Positions 1 through 13,800 of a stretch of 64,000 nt of DNA are shown in pieces (the stretch's first letter is position 1; each line of letters begins with the position of its first letter). The notes beneath the pieces were generated by a model. The model did no database searches, was not told the origin of the DNA, and saw only the letters and a list, made by a program, of their open reading frames with translations. Position numbers and translations under genes: made by a program. The stretch is from contig CM120644.1 in the NCBI GenBank assembly GCA_051362555.1, positions 11,554,567 through 11,618,566 on the forward strand, read 5' to 3'. The stretch comes from Lingula anatina (Eukaryota; Animalia; Brachiopoda).

Positions 1-1516
1 TTGAGTTTGTTTTCCAGAAGTGTTATTTTTTAGGAAAAAATATTGACAGGGTTTTCAGGAGAGAAAACCCTGTGATTGTGTCAAGTGCTTGGTAATAGTT
101 GGCAAAATCCATTGGTTAAGTCAAGACGTAAATTTTTACGTTTTATTGCATAAAACATAAAATAAATAATACATTTTCATTGATACATGACTAAAGGCCT
201 TGTTGTACGGGAATTTTTCTCAATCTGACAAAAGAAATACAATCTGTACGTTAAAGGCCAGCACATCTTGTTGGCAATGTTCTCTTTAAACCGATCTATT
301 TCCTGACCAAGAATCTGCCTTTCCGGGAGATATATAATATATATAATATATTATATAAACATAGTTTCTGTCCATATCATTTCAACGGCAATCCAATCAT
401 ATATTTCTGGATATTCCTTGACAGCAATTGGTTATATTGACTCAGTAAAACGTTCTGAACATTACATTTCTTCATTATATGTATGAACAAACCTCCATCA
501 TTGACCACTCATACGGACCCACTCAAGTCTGTGTTACCAATTCCCCCAACAAGTTCCATGGCATTTTGAATCATCGACAACAAAGAAAGTGGACTGACAT
601 ACTGAACAAGTCTCATCTACGTGACTTTTCTGATGATATTATGCATTGAGGCAAACAGTAATTGGCCAATTGGGGTTTCCAAGGCAATTAACAATATCTT
701 TCACAGCTGTTTGCTCACATACAAAGCAAGTAACTATTTCCTGGAATTATTATCATTATAATAATAACAACAAAGCAGCATAAAACACCCACATCGTTGT
801 TCGAAGGCCATTTCAATTTACCAGTTTGATATGACTACCACTTACATGAGTTAGTCTGGTATAAAATTAGGAGCAAATACAAAATTAATCATATTTTCTG
901 AAATAACCATAGTCAGTTATGTTATATCATGTATAACAAGTTTGTGAACCAACTCCATGTTATATAACACATTATGCAGCTCCAAAACACCATGTGCAAC
1001 TAAACCAACACATATTTCATACGGATAAGGAGTGAGATGCTGATAGGTATCAAACTTTTTGTCTGAGCCCCACTGCTGCTCTCTGTCCTACATTTTGAAG
1101 GTCAAAGGTTTATCTTTCAATTAATTGTGTCATAATAATCCCACCTTTGTAAAAGGTGAATTAAAAACATCATGATTAAAAAGAAATCCATCCCAAAAAC
1201 GTTTTGGCAAGTTTGTCATCCAGGAGATTTGACTTTGAGCAGGTTTGACCACTTCGGTGAATTTTTCTTGGTATTAAACTCTTGGCAACATTATTGTTAC
1301 TGCACACCTGGATTGCTCTAGCATTATGATAAGATTTTCCAAAGCTTTATCTTTAAAAGATATCAAAATTTTATCTAATGGCCTTTCCTGAGACATATTG
1401 AAGCTCACCAGGCCACACACAAAATATAGCACCATATTAAGCTCTGAACTTCACATCAAGTTTTTGTGTAACCTCTTTGAAAAAGCTTCACCAATTCCTG
1501 TAATCTCCATATAAAA

Positions 1517-1645
1517 AGGTCATCCATTCACGCAACCTCTGTGCCAAAGGTCATCCATTCATGTGACCTCTGAGTCAAAGGTCATTCATGTGACCTCTGT
1601 GTCAAAGGTCATCCATTCATGTGACCTCTGTGGCAAAGGCCATCA
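1517..1645. repeat. ~29-bp tandem repeat (about 4 copies) at the start of the EAF 3' UTR
   Basis: Repeated unit resembling aaaggtcatccattcatgtgacctctgtgtc, abutting the stop codon. Confidence 0.8.
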
Positions 1646-4547
1646 ATCACTGTCACTTTCAGAATCACTGAGCTGTAGATCCTCACTGAGTGTACTGTGT
1701 ACATAACCCTTGGAGCCAGACTGAGACTGGTACTGCTGGGAATGAGGCTGTGAGTGGGAGGGGGGAATGTGATGGCTGCCACCATTGGCTAAAAAAAGAA
1801 AGCACACATAGCCATGTAAAATGCCACTAATATTTATAGAAAGAAAATAAATTAATTGAATATAGTTATTTTGGAGTCATCATACATCATGCAAAACCTT
1901 GTTATCAACAAACTTTAAAACTACTGGTATTAAATTAAAGTAGCTTTCAAAGTTATCTTGTCTTGTGATGTTTGGAACTTCAGTAAATATGTGCATTGGT
2001 TACTCATAATGTGTGCCTTTAACATTCTGTTTTAAACACATCTAAAAGCAGTCATGATTTAGCAATGCAAGAAAAAAAGACAGAAATGGATCAATAAACA
2101 TATGAATTTGGGTCTGGGGACTGGAAAACTACCAAGAAAACCTGGACTTTTGTTTAAATGGAAAAAAAAATATGCCTGTAAAAGTAACATGCCTGTGAAA
2201 ATAACATACCTTGATAAGACGTTGTTTTTGTAGGTTTGCTCTCAGTGTCTGAGTCATCAGAGCTGCTGCTACTGCTGCTGTCCATGTCACTCATGACGCC
2301 TGGACTGGCCACACTGTGAGACTCTGGAAATCAAGATGACCTCCATATTATATAATATGTGTTTTCACTGTAGATAGGCCAGACCTACTCAGCATGACCC
2401 ATCTCTACTGGTCACTTGTTTCAGTTTATAAGCAGCTTCCTGGGATTCCTCTGGTCTGCAATGTTAAACTGGGCCCATACCAGAAGTCGGTAAAATAGAA
2501 GGTGGGCCATTTTCATGAACAATTATTTATTTCAGGTATCACACTATTGTTTGTAACGTGTGAAAAAGACAGATCTGTACCTATGTCAGCCATCCTACCT
2601 TTTCCTACATTTTCCTGGGAGTTTCCCAAACTATGGCTACTACTGCTATGGCTACTGTGTTTCTTCTTGGATGGAGAGGTCTTGAGCTTGAGCTGTTCAT
2701 TGGGGGTGACGGGACGCCCTCCTGTCTGGGCTCTGCTGCTGCCCTCTGTCCTATACAGGTCAAAGGTTAAAGGTTAATCTCACAATTACTTGATGTATTA
2801 TGGTAATGGAACATTTGTAACTTGACAGAAGACGATGACTTAAATGCCTTGCCCTTCACAAACAGTTTGTCACAAAAACTAACCTTTTTTTCCTGTTGAT
2901 CCTAGTACAAGGGTGGACTAAAAATGATTGAGGGTTTTCAACCAAAAATTCCCTTTGAATACTTGGGTACATAATAATTATACATAAAAAAAACTTATTG
3001 AAAACTTGATCATCTTCTAAGATTATCTGACATATTTGACGATGTAGAAGACATCTTGTTGAGATGGCAGTCAACATCAAACCCTTTTGTATAATCCTGC
3101 CAACACCCCCCTGAATAATCACCTTGTCTTCTTCAGTTGCACTGTACTGGACAGTTTTTCCAGAGTGATCTCCCCTGTCCTGTGGTCTATGATTAAGACA
3201 CATTCCTTCTGACAGGGCCTCTTATTGCCTTTATACACTGTCTGGGTGGTGCCTGCTCCCTGGGAAAACAATGGATGTCCGGAAGTTGTTTTAGGGATAA
3301 TGGGATAAATATCAATTATGTTGCCTTACTAATTTATTTGAATAACAGAGATATTAATTACAATTACCACAATAACTGAGTTTATAAAAATACTGAAAAC
3401 TGAAAAAATTGTCAGTTTGAGGGGCATTCTGCATAATTAAATGCCAAATAAAATGCATAAAATTTGGTATACAAGTAAAGACCTTAAAATTTCTTCTAAA
3501 ATTCCTACTTATAAAACTTTCCTTTAACCAGGCACCATGACACATACAAGTCTGAAAAGATTTTTCAGATTTTAAAAAATATCTTGAGTTAAAACTTAAT
3601 CCATGACAAACCTCCACATGTGGCACCGTCACAATGACCTGTTTGTTTGGCTGGACATCAACTGAGGCCACCTTGGAGGTGTCCACTGAGGCAGGCTTGA
3701 AATCGTCTGAAAGGACAACATGAAGGTTGTATTGTCATTGATGAAAGTTTTAACATGAAGTCCTCTGAAACATGAATTCAATATTCATCGCCTTATAATT
3801 TGTTCCAAGTATGCAATTTATTTTTATATTCAGAAATATTTATCTTGCTACTATATTATTCTGCTTGTAAAAGTTAAATGGACCTAAATAAATTTAAATT
3901 ATTGTTTTTCTTTTTATCAAGAGCTTATAAAATATGTAGGTTTTACCTCCAATATTTCTGTGACTGTCAGTCACCATCATCAGGGAGTAAGTGACTAGGG
4001 AAAACCTACATATTTTATAAGCTCTTGATAAAAAGAAAAACAATAATTTAAATTGATACATACAGAGCTAATGAAACTCTTCTCTCACTGACCTAAATAA
4101 ATATTATATAGATCTAATGAACTTTTAAAAGGTTGCTTTCAGTTGTTGATTGATTAACTTCAATTACATAATAAATCGGTCTCAGTTTAACTTACAATGG
4201 TAATTAACTGACTTCAATATCTCTTACTACTGTATACGAATCACTTGTGGTTTATTTATGTAGACTGTAGTCAATATATATCATTTTTACTAAATCGTTT
4301 ACTATATCGTCAGAATAATTTGATCGGGCAAACCGATAGATGGATTTCTCAGTCTGGGAGTTGGTGATATGCTGACCCCTAGAAAGCGAAACACGACATG
4401 ATGTCCTGTACAGTACAAACTCAGAAAAACCTCATGTTACTTACACCGGATGGAGTGAAATGCCGACCTAGAATGGTGATCGAAGCTCTTCCCGAGTTTT
4501 AACTCGTGAGGCTCGCTGTCCATTGGAATTATCTTCTCTTCTGGCAT
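1643..4547 (-). CDS. EAF1: ELL-associated factor (EAF1/2-like), 6 coding exons: 4445-4547, 3612-3706, 3123-3259, 2581-2750, 2210-2323, 1643-1788
   Basis: GT-AG splicing gives one continuous frame: [45 protein letters not shown]...[46 protein letters not shown], then a Ser-rich region and the C-terminus [15 protein letters not shown]. These are EAF family hallmarks. Confidence 0.93.
3891..4054. repeat. Perfect 54-bp inverted repeat with a 56-bp spacer in EAF intron 1
   Basis: 3891-3944 (aatttaaattattg...atgtaggtttt) is the exact reverse complement of 4001-4054. The direct repeat gacctaaataaat occurs at 3881 and 4090. Confidence 0.85.
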
Positions 4548-4883
4548 CTTCGCTTAGCTACAGACCCATTCCTGAAACTACGATTTCGGTTCTAAACTGT
4601 AAACGGAACCATATGGTTCTTTGCCATTCCGGAAGTTGACGAATTGGGTTCAACTAAAACACGGTTAAATGTATAGTTGTAAATATGTACTTTAAAACAT
4701 CTACAAGGAATATATATAATTTTCTCCTTCCATTCAGTAGTTTGATATCTTAAACGATTTTTAATGCACATTATCATGCATAATTGTAAAAGTGCGCGTA
4801 CCAGTGAAAACAATAGCGGAAGTGATCTTAAAACTAGAGGTGCGCGCACATGTTGGTGGGAAGAGCTGAAGTCAGAGATAAGG
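4548..4883. promoter_or_regulatory. Bidirectional promoter shared by EAF and POLR1B
   Basis: Only 336 bp separates the divergent ATGs. The region is locally CpG-rich, with ETS-like CCGGAAGT (~4629) and GCGGAAGT (~4817) and NRF1-like TGCGCG motifs (~4793, ~4841). Confidence 0.7.
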
Positions 4884-7800
4884 ATGTTTCAGGAGCCACA
4901 GACGTTCCAGCACCTCACAGATCCAAATTATGGGCGTCCTGGGAAGGTGCAACACTTGGTATGATATTTTATCAAAGCTGTTCCTTATCTTATGTGCACT
5001 TTTGAGCTCTAGCTAAAAGCTGAACATGGTTTGTTGTCGTGTTGATGTTTGTTTATGTACATCCGGTGATTTTCTGTCTCTTACAAATACGCTTACTTTA
5101 ACGAGATAAGAATCCTCTGAACACATTTATTTGAAGTGGTTGTGTGGAACAATAATTATAATGTGGAATATTCCCCCAATAAGATGCTCTGTTGCCATCC
5201 TCTTGAAGTAATTGTCTTCTGCAATTTGGATTTTTTTTTCGAAATATTTTTTTATTTAAAATTGGTGAAAATTTGTAATTGAACTTGTAGTTGGAGTGTA
5301 TTGATAATACGAAATATGCAGTAAAGAAGGAGGAAGAAAAAGTGGATAGGAGGAAGTTGGTGTATTGCTTTTTGGGTCATGTTTTCCACCTGTCTTTAAT
5401 TTGTTTGGCAAATTTGTTTTAGTTGAATTGAAAATAAAAATTCACATGGAAAGAATGCAACTGCAAGTGGTCATATTATTATTATTTTTTTTTTGTTGCA
5501 GCCTTTACAAGAGATCACAAGACCCCACATTGACTCCTTCAACTACATGTTGAGAGAGGGACTGGTGAAGGCAGTACAGGCAAGTGACAGCTAGGCACGC
5601 ACACACAACCACACATTGTTCACTATGATTAACTTTTAATCATGCAAATACAACAGCTATGGTAAAAAATAAACTATTTGGTCAAGTTGAGTGTTATCAC
5701 ACAGGGCTTGACATTAAGGGTGGCCCACTGGCCCTGGGCCACTGAAAACCAACCTAGGGCCATTGAATTGATGGGGTCACTGGCCCAAAAAGCACCAAGT
5801 AAAATGTCATGTGTCAAATCATCCTTGCAATGTGTACAGATATATCGGGCCAGTATCGAAAAAAGTTAGTGTCAAGTCCTGTCACAGACAGGTAAATATA
5901 TTGAAAAAGGCAGTGAATAATATTGTGAGAAATGTTGACACCTGTTGTACACCTTAATACAGTCACATCACTGATGTAAGAAATTCAGATTTTGTCTTTT
6001 TGTTTGTTTACTGGCTGAACTCTTTATTTTTCTGCCTGGCAAATAGTTTGCAGTTCTGTGAAGTTGAATATTGATATGATTGTAATTACATTTTTCAGGA
6101 TATTCCTCCCATAGAGTTTGCATTACCAAATGGTCAGAAAATATCTCTGAATATTGTGGTATGTATTATTCCTTCCATATTGCTCAAACAAAGACATATT
6201 ATTTGCAACCTGCCAGTAATTAAGGTGTGGAGATTGCTGTTTTATATTAATTTATATCAATTTATTATATTGTTTAATGTCAAATCCACAAAACAGTTAA
6301 ATGTGTGACACTACAAGGCATTTCTAAATGTTTGCTAGCACTTTAAAAGATCGGGAATATTGAAATTTTGAAAATAAAGGGATTTTAATATATTTTAATA
6401 TATAATTATATCATTATTTAATATTACCTAATATTTGGCACATCCAGGGAACTTTAAATGGTTGGAAGGGTATTTTTATGTTTTAGGAAGCCCATGTGTC
6501 CTCCCCTAAGATAGATCAAGGGAACCTGTATGCACGGACCCTCGATGTCTTTCCGTCAGAGGTATGCCCTGCCATGATAGAAGATTATAATATGATTTTT
6601 GTTTATGATATTTATTTATTTTAAAAGGAAATTTTTTGAAAATGAAATGTTTAGATGTTAGAAAAGGAAACAAAGTTTGTTGTGTAGATATTATGTAATA
6701 AATAAGTTGTGATTTACTGAATAATGAAATCAAAAAATATCTAAAGGTAACAAATGATAAACAGTTAATTTATTAAAAAATATTATAATATTATATATAA
6801 ATGTTTGACCAATTAATTGAATGTTGCTCCATGAAAATCATTGATTATAAACATCTAAGTTACAAAGTGCACAAATATTGAAAACAAAAATGGCAATTTT
6901 TTTTAATTTTATTATTTGTTTGGGGGGGTGGGGGGGGTTAATTGTGTGAAACAGGGAATAAAAATGAAGCAACAAATGTATGTTATTAATCCGTCATTGT
7001 TTCTCATTATTCTGTTATTTTTATATATGGAAAGATATAAAATGAGGAAAATGTTTATCTTGGTAGAGGATGTCTTATGTTGAACTTTGATTTAACTTAT
7101 GATTTACTGTTCAGTGCCGTGAGCGAGGGATCACGTATAGGGGGCGCCTCCAGGCCACTGTGCGCTGGTTTGTGGATGGGCGACCTTCAGGAACGGATGA
7201 GAGAATCCTGGGAGAAATTCCTATCATGGTCAAAGTATGTTGTACAGGGGGAAATTAGAAGAAAAATTATTAAATACAATCTAAATAAGATTAAATTGGT
7301 AACTTACTATAATTTCTTTTGTTGTGTCCAATAAAAAAAGTGTGAGTCTAAAGTAAAATTGGTATCTAAATATAAGATGTTTCATGTATTTGAAGATTAG
7401 AAAGTGGCATGAATCATAATAAGATTGATATTTTGGATACAGTAAGGCATATATTTATGTATAAAATTAAGAAAAATACATGAATATTTTATCTCAGACT
7501 ATGTTATTTACTGATTCAGAAATATTATTTACTAATTTTATTTTTTAAAAACTTACTGTGTGATGCTTTTATATCATGACAAAAACACTTTTTTAAATGA
7601 CAAATCTGATATGAGGTGTATTTTTAAGAGTGCAATCTGATGGGAACATTCTCTTTACTTTTCATAGTCGGAGGCGTGCAACCTTTCCAAGCTGTCCCCA
7701 TCAGATCTTGTACGACGAGGAGAGGAAGCTGAGGTTAGAAAATAAATTAATTAATTTACTGGGTTATTTCACAAAAAGGAACATTTGGGTCATTACAGTG

Positions 7801-10800
7801 ACACTCATTTTTTTTTAATATTTGCACAACTGTTTTATAACACATCTTATGACAGTACTGTTAATTTTTACCAGTAGCTATAATATTAGAGTGTACTGTA
7901 ATAGTATAGAGAAAAATGGTGCTAGTCAAAATTGTGCAAGTTATTCACATATTTTATGCTTGACTGATGTGACTGAATTGTGCACTTTGTAGTGGAAGGA
8001 CCCTAATTGATTTACATAATTGCTAGAATTTACACTAAATCAAATTTAAAAATTGAAATCAGTCTTAATAAAGCAAAAAGAAGTTTATATGTCCAAATAA
8101 ATAAATGAATATTAAATAATTCCTTCTTAATGTACTCATGCTAAATTAAATGCAACCTTTAAAACATGACAATGTTTTGCCAAAAAGTCTGTTATTGTAC
8201 CACCAGCGTAGGCGCTGGCGGTACCCATGGTTTTAGTCCCGACCCGTATGTTCCGCCGGCTCCGCTGGCTCCGCCGGCTCCTGCGGCTCCGCCGGCTCCA
8301 CCGCCATGTCACCGTTACCGCTTCTCCTCCTAGATGGTAAGGGCCTCCATACCCATCTCTTGGATTTAGGTCACCTATAATCTCAACTCGTTCCACGTAA
8401 AATTTGGGCTTTGTCGGTATTGGGGTCTAGGTGTGGCACTCATTGCAATGCACCCTTGTCCAAAAATGGCAAAATTAAATGCTAATTATCTACCCTACGG
8501 AAGGAGTTATGGGAAAAATTTCTACAGACAGCTTTCCAAAAGTCATATGTGTAGATTTCAAATATGCCCTTGGATTTGACCTTTAACCTTATTTCAAGGT
8601 CAAACGGGCCAAAATTTTCAAAAAAATGAAATTTTTTACGAAAAAAAAATTTTTTGCCCTGTTATTCAGATACCACACAGACTTAACCAATAATATTATT
8701 GGAAAGTGTAACCCTTCGGGTCATCTTTCATCTCCGTGAATTTGGGGTCAATCGGTGCATTTTCACGGGAGTAGCGGCCATAAAGTACCGAAACTGAAAA
8801 CTGTCTCTAATTCGGGAACCGTTAATGCTAGAGACCCATTCTTTTTTGCATTTTGTAGAGCATGTAAAGCCCAACACTGGAGGTGGTCTCCGTTTTTTTG
8901 TATTCCATACGGTTTTCAAGTTACGCTGTATCAAAAAGTACATATTGGTGGTGAAAGCAAAATGTGCAGTACGGTAATGGATAATAAATTTTGAACTCTG
9001 GAAAAATAATACATAAGGCTTGGCAAAGCAGACAACTTGTGGTCAAAAATGACATTATTTCATCAAATTTGAACTTCTGGAAATTCAGAGCACCTCCTAT
9101 TTTAAGAATTTTGACCAAAATGATGTTTTCTTTATTTCAATTAATCTTTTCTGTAGGAAATTTATGGCACATTATGGTAACTCCAAAATTATAACATTTA
9201 GTCCCTTATATCTCCCAAACTGGCAGAGATAGGTCCATAGTTACTATAGAAGTTGAATAGGAAGTCACATACTGGCAATCCAAATGTGACCTTGAAATTG
9301 ACCTTTGACCTACTTTTCACCATGAACTGAACTTTGCAAATTTTGCTTCCCTTTTATCTCCAAAACTGGCAGAGATATGTCCATAGTTACTATTGAAGTT
9401 GAATGGGAAGTCATATACTGGCAATCTAAATGTGACCTTAAACTTGACCTTTGACCTACTTTTCACCATGAACTGAACTTTGCAAATTTTGCTTCCCTTT
9501 TATCTCCAAAACTGGCAGAGATAGGTCCATAGTTTCTATTGAACTTGAATAGGAAGTCATATACTGGCAATCTAAATGTGAACTTAAAATTGACCTTTGA
9601 CCTACTTTTCACCATGAACTGAACTTTGCAAATTTTGCTTCCCTTTTATCTCCAAAACTGGCACAGATTGGTCCATGGTTACTGTTGAACTTGAATAGGA
9701 AGTCATATACTGGCAATCTAAATGTGACCTTAAAATTGACCTTTGACCTACTTTTCACCATGAACTGAACTTTGCAAATTTTGCTTCCCTTATATCTCCA
9801 ATCTGGCAGAGATAGGTCCATAGTTACTATTGAAGTTGAATGGGAAGTCATATACTGGCAGTCTTAATGTGACCGTAAAATTGACCTTTGACCTATTTTT
9901 CACCATGAACTGAACTTTGCAAAATTTGCTTCCCTTTTATCTCCAAAACTGGCAGAGATAGGTCCATAGTTACTATTGAACTTGAATAGGAAGTCATATA
10001 CTGGCAATCTAAATGTGACCTTAAAATTGACCTTTGACCTACTTTTCACTATGAACTGAACTTTGCAAATTTTGCTTCCCTTTTATCTCTAAAGTTACAC
10101 TGTATCAAAAAATACATATTGGTGGTGAAAGCAAAATGTGCAGTACGGTAATGGATAATAAATTTTGAACTCCGGAAAAATAATACATAAGGCTTGGCAA
10201 AGCAGACAACTTGTGGTCAAAAATGACATTATTTCATCAAATTTGAACTTCTGGAACTTCAGAGCACCTCCCATTTTAAGAATTTTGACCAAAATGATGT
10301 TTTCTTTATTTTAATTAATCTTTTCTGTAGGAAATTTATGGCACATTATGGTAACTCCAAAATTATAACATTTAGTCCCTTTTATCTGCAAAACTGGCAG
10401 AGATAGGTCCATAGATACTATTGAACTTGAATAGAAAGTCATATACTGGCATTCTTACTGTGACCTTGAAATTGACATTTGACCCATTTTTCACCATGAA
10501 CTGAACTTTGCAAATTTTGCTTCCCTTTTATCTCCAAAACTGGCAGAGATAGGTCCATAGTTACTACTGAACTTGAATAGGAAGTCAAATACTGGCAATC
10601 TTACTGTGACCTTTAAATTGACCTTTGACCTACTTTTCACCATGAACTGAATTTTGCAAATTTTGCTTCCCTTTTCTCTCTAAAACTGGCAGAGATAGGT
10701 CCATAGTTACTATTGAACTAGAATAGGAAGTCATATACTGGCAATCTAAGTGTGACCTTGAAATTGACCTTTGATCTGCTTATTATCATGAACTGAACTC

Positions 10801-13800
10801 TGCTAATTTCTTTCTCTTTTATCTCCAAAACTGGCAGAGATAGGTCCATAGTTACTATTGAACTTGAATAGGAAGTCATATACTGGCAATTTACTGTGAC
10901 CTTGAAAATGACCTTTCACCTACCTTATGATGAACTTAAATTTGATTGTACCATTTTTAGTTTCATATATTTTTTGCATATATTGAAAATTCTTGTTGAT
11001 TGCATGTTTACAGCTTGTCAAGCACAAGACTGGTGACTGTGTCCCTTATTTTGTGTATGTGGGGGTCTATACGAATGCGCTTGCTCCAGCTGGTGGTACA
11101 ATATTCGGAGGCGGTATCGCCTCTCTGATCCTCTAGTTTAATTTGTTTTATAGTTTATGCAATTTTCTTCATATTTCAATCACTGTTATATTTCAATCAA
11201 TTTTGTGTTATTTAATTTGTTTTATAGTTTATGCAATTTTCTTCATATTTCAATCACTGTTATATTTCAATTAATTTTGTGTTATTAATGTTATTTAAAG
11301 CTCTTATTTTAATCATTATTAGCTGAATCATAATGACTGTTATTATTTAGGAAATGGGCGGCTACTTCATCATCAATGGTATTGAAAGAGTGATCAGAAT
11401 GTTGATCATGCCAAGGAGAAATTTCGTAAGTACAATGAAATTGTTGATAAATGACTCAGGTGATTTATGTTTGACATTGGTAATAATTATAATCTTAAAC
11501 TGAGTTATGTCTGTTTGTATCTATTAGCTTTTGTGATTTTTGACTATTTGAAATATTGTACTTTTAAATATCAGTAAGTTAGTATTGTCTATTATGTAGT
11601 AAATATTAAGAATTATTAATAGAAGGCTTATAATTATTAATAAGATGAATTTAAATTTTGTAAATGAAATAGAACATGCATTTTGTTAATAAATTTTGTG
11701 AATTAAGTTATTATAAGTATTTATTATAAAAAAATAAGAACATCTCTAATCATGGAATGGAAACTTTTGAATTTGATTTAGATGTAAGATTATTTTCATA
11801 AGGATTTTGTAAGGATTTTGAAGAAATTGTCATAAAACATGACATAGAGTGTTTTTATTGGAGTTCTGATTACTTTTTTTTGTGTTTCAGCCCAATTGCA
11901 TGAATCGCCCATCTTGGAAATCTCGTGGAAATCAATATACAGAATTTGGGGTCACCATGAGGTGTGTCAAGGGGGACCAGACGGGGGCAGTAAGTGAAAG
12001 AAATAATTGTCTTAGGGGGTTCTAAAGAGATGGCAAAATAACATATGGTTATGATGTATTGTAAGAAGTAAAATGTTTGTTTAGTAAATATCTAATATTG
12101 TTATGGAAAAATGACCTCCTTAAAATCGGAACAAAAATGAAATTATACCCTAGGCTGCTTCTTTTTTTCTATGATTATTTGTTTTAGTGGGAGAACATAT
12201 CTTTTTTTTATTCCTTTCCAAAATACCACATTCTTATATTTCAGAATATAGTGCTACATTACCTGAACAACGGCACTGCCAACCTTTCCTTCAGTTTCCG
12301 CAAGGAGCAGTTCTTTGTACCTATCATGCTTATACTAAAGGTAAGTGCTGCAACTACGTTTTTGAACTGATGGGCGACTTGTGTTTTATGAGGTGTGCTC
12401 CTTATTGAAAGCAAATATTATACAATGATTGACTTGTGATGAGGTGAACACATTGTTGCGCAGACCCCAAATAGGTGATGTGGACCAAGGCGCAGCATGT
12501 TAACTGAAAATAAAAGTCAATCATAATGATTGTTTTATTATTATTATAATATAACTTAATACCTGGATGTCATTGTCCTCCAAGATAACTTCAACAGTTG
12601 CAACATCACTGTTAGCCAAATTGTACTTATATGACATCATACAATAAGGTGTATTTTTGATACCTACAATATAAAATGTTTACACTGTCAAGGATTATGA
12701 CTTATATATCCAAGTCACCAATTTTTGGTACATTACTTTCAGGCACTTGTAGATGTGACAGATCAGTATATATACAGTGAACTTATCAAAGGAAAAGAAG
12801 AAGACTCCTTCTATAAAGGGTAAGAAGATAATTATCAAATCCAAACACTGAGACTATATTTAAGCTGATTTTAATTAAAATAACTTAAAGTGTGGGTTGA
12901 GAAAAAATATGATTTGTGTGCCTTTTTTCTATTTCAGTTGTATTGCCAACATGCTTCGCCAGGCACAGAGCGAGGGTTTATCTGAGAAGGCTACCATATT
13001 GAAATATATTGGAGAGCGTTTTCGCATCAAATTACAGCTGCCTGACTGGGTGACAGACACTGCTGTGGCCACATTCCTTCTGGAGTGAGTTCTTTAAAAT
13101 TCTGTTATTGTTTTTTAGTCCTGGAGAAATTTGTAATGAAATTTCTTTCGTTAGACAGTTGGATCCTTTTAGAATTTGATTTCATTAATAGTTTTGATGG
13201 AAGTAGTAAAAAATGAATATTTTTAATTACCTTTCTTTAATGAACTTTGAATAAGCACTCATTTGGTCGGATTTTATTATAATAATTATAATAATTCTAA
13301 ATTATGTCCTTAACAACCCATCAGATATCAAGGGGTCATGTCTTTATATTGAAATTTATTGATTGAAAAATCCAATTCCTCTTGGTTAAAGAAAACAAAA
13401 CAATACAGTAATTAAACCCCAATTCAATGCATATTTCCAAATTTATTGTACCACCAGCGTTAGCGCTGGCGGTACACATGGTTTCGGTCCCGTCCGGATC
13501 CTTCCGCCGGCTCCGCCGGACGGATACCGTTACCGCTTCTCCTCCTAGACGGTAAGGGCCCCCGTACCCATCTCATGGATTTAGGTCACCTATAATCTCA
13601 ACTCGTTCCACGTAAAATTTGGGCTTTGTTGGTATTGGGGTCTGGGTGTGGCACTCATTACAATGCACCCTTGTCTAAAAATGGCAAAATTAAATGCTAA
13701 TTATCTACCCTACGGAAGGAGTTACGGGAAAAATTTCTATAGACGGCTTTCCAAAAGTCATATGTGTAGATTTCAAATATACCCTTGGATTTGACCTTTG

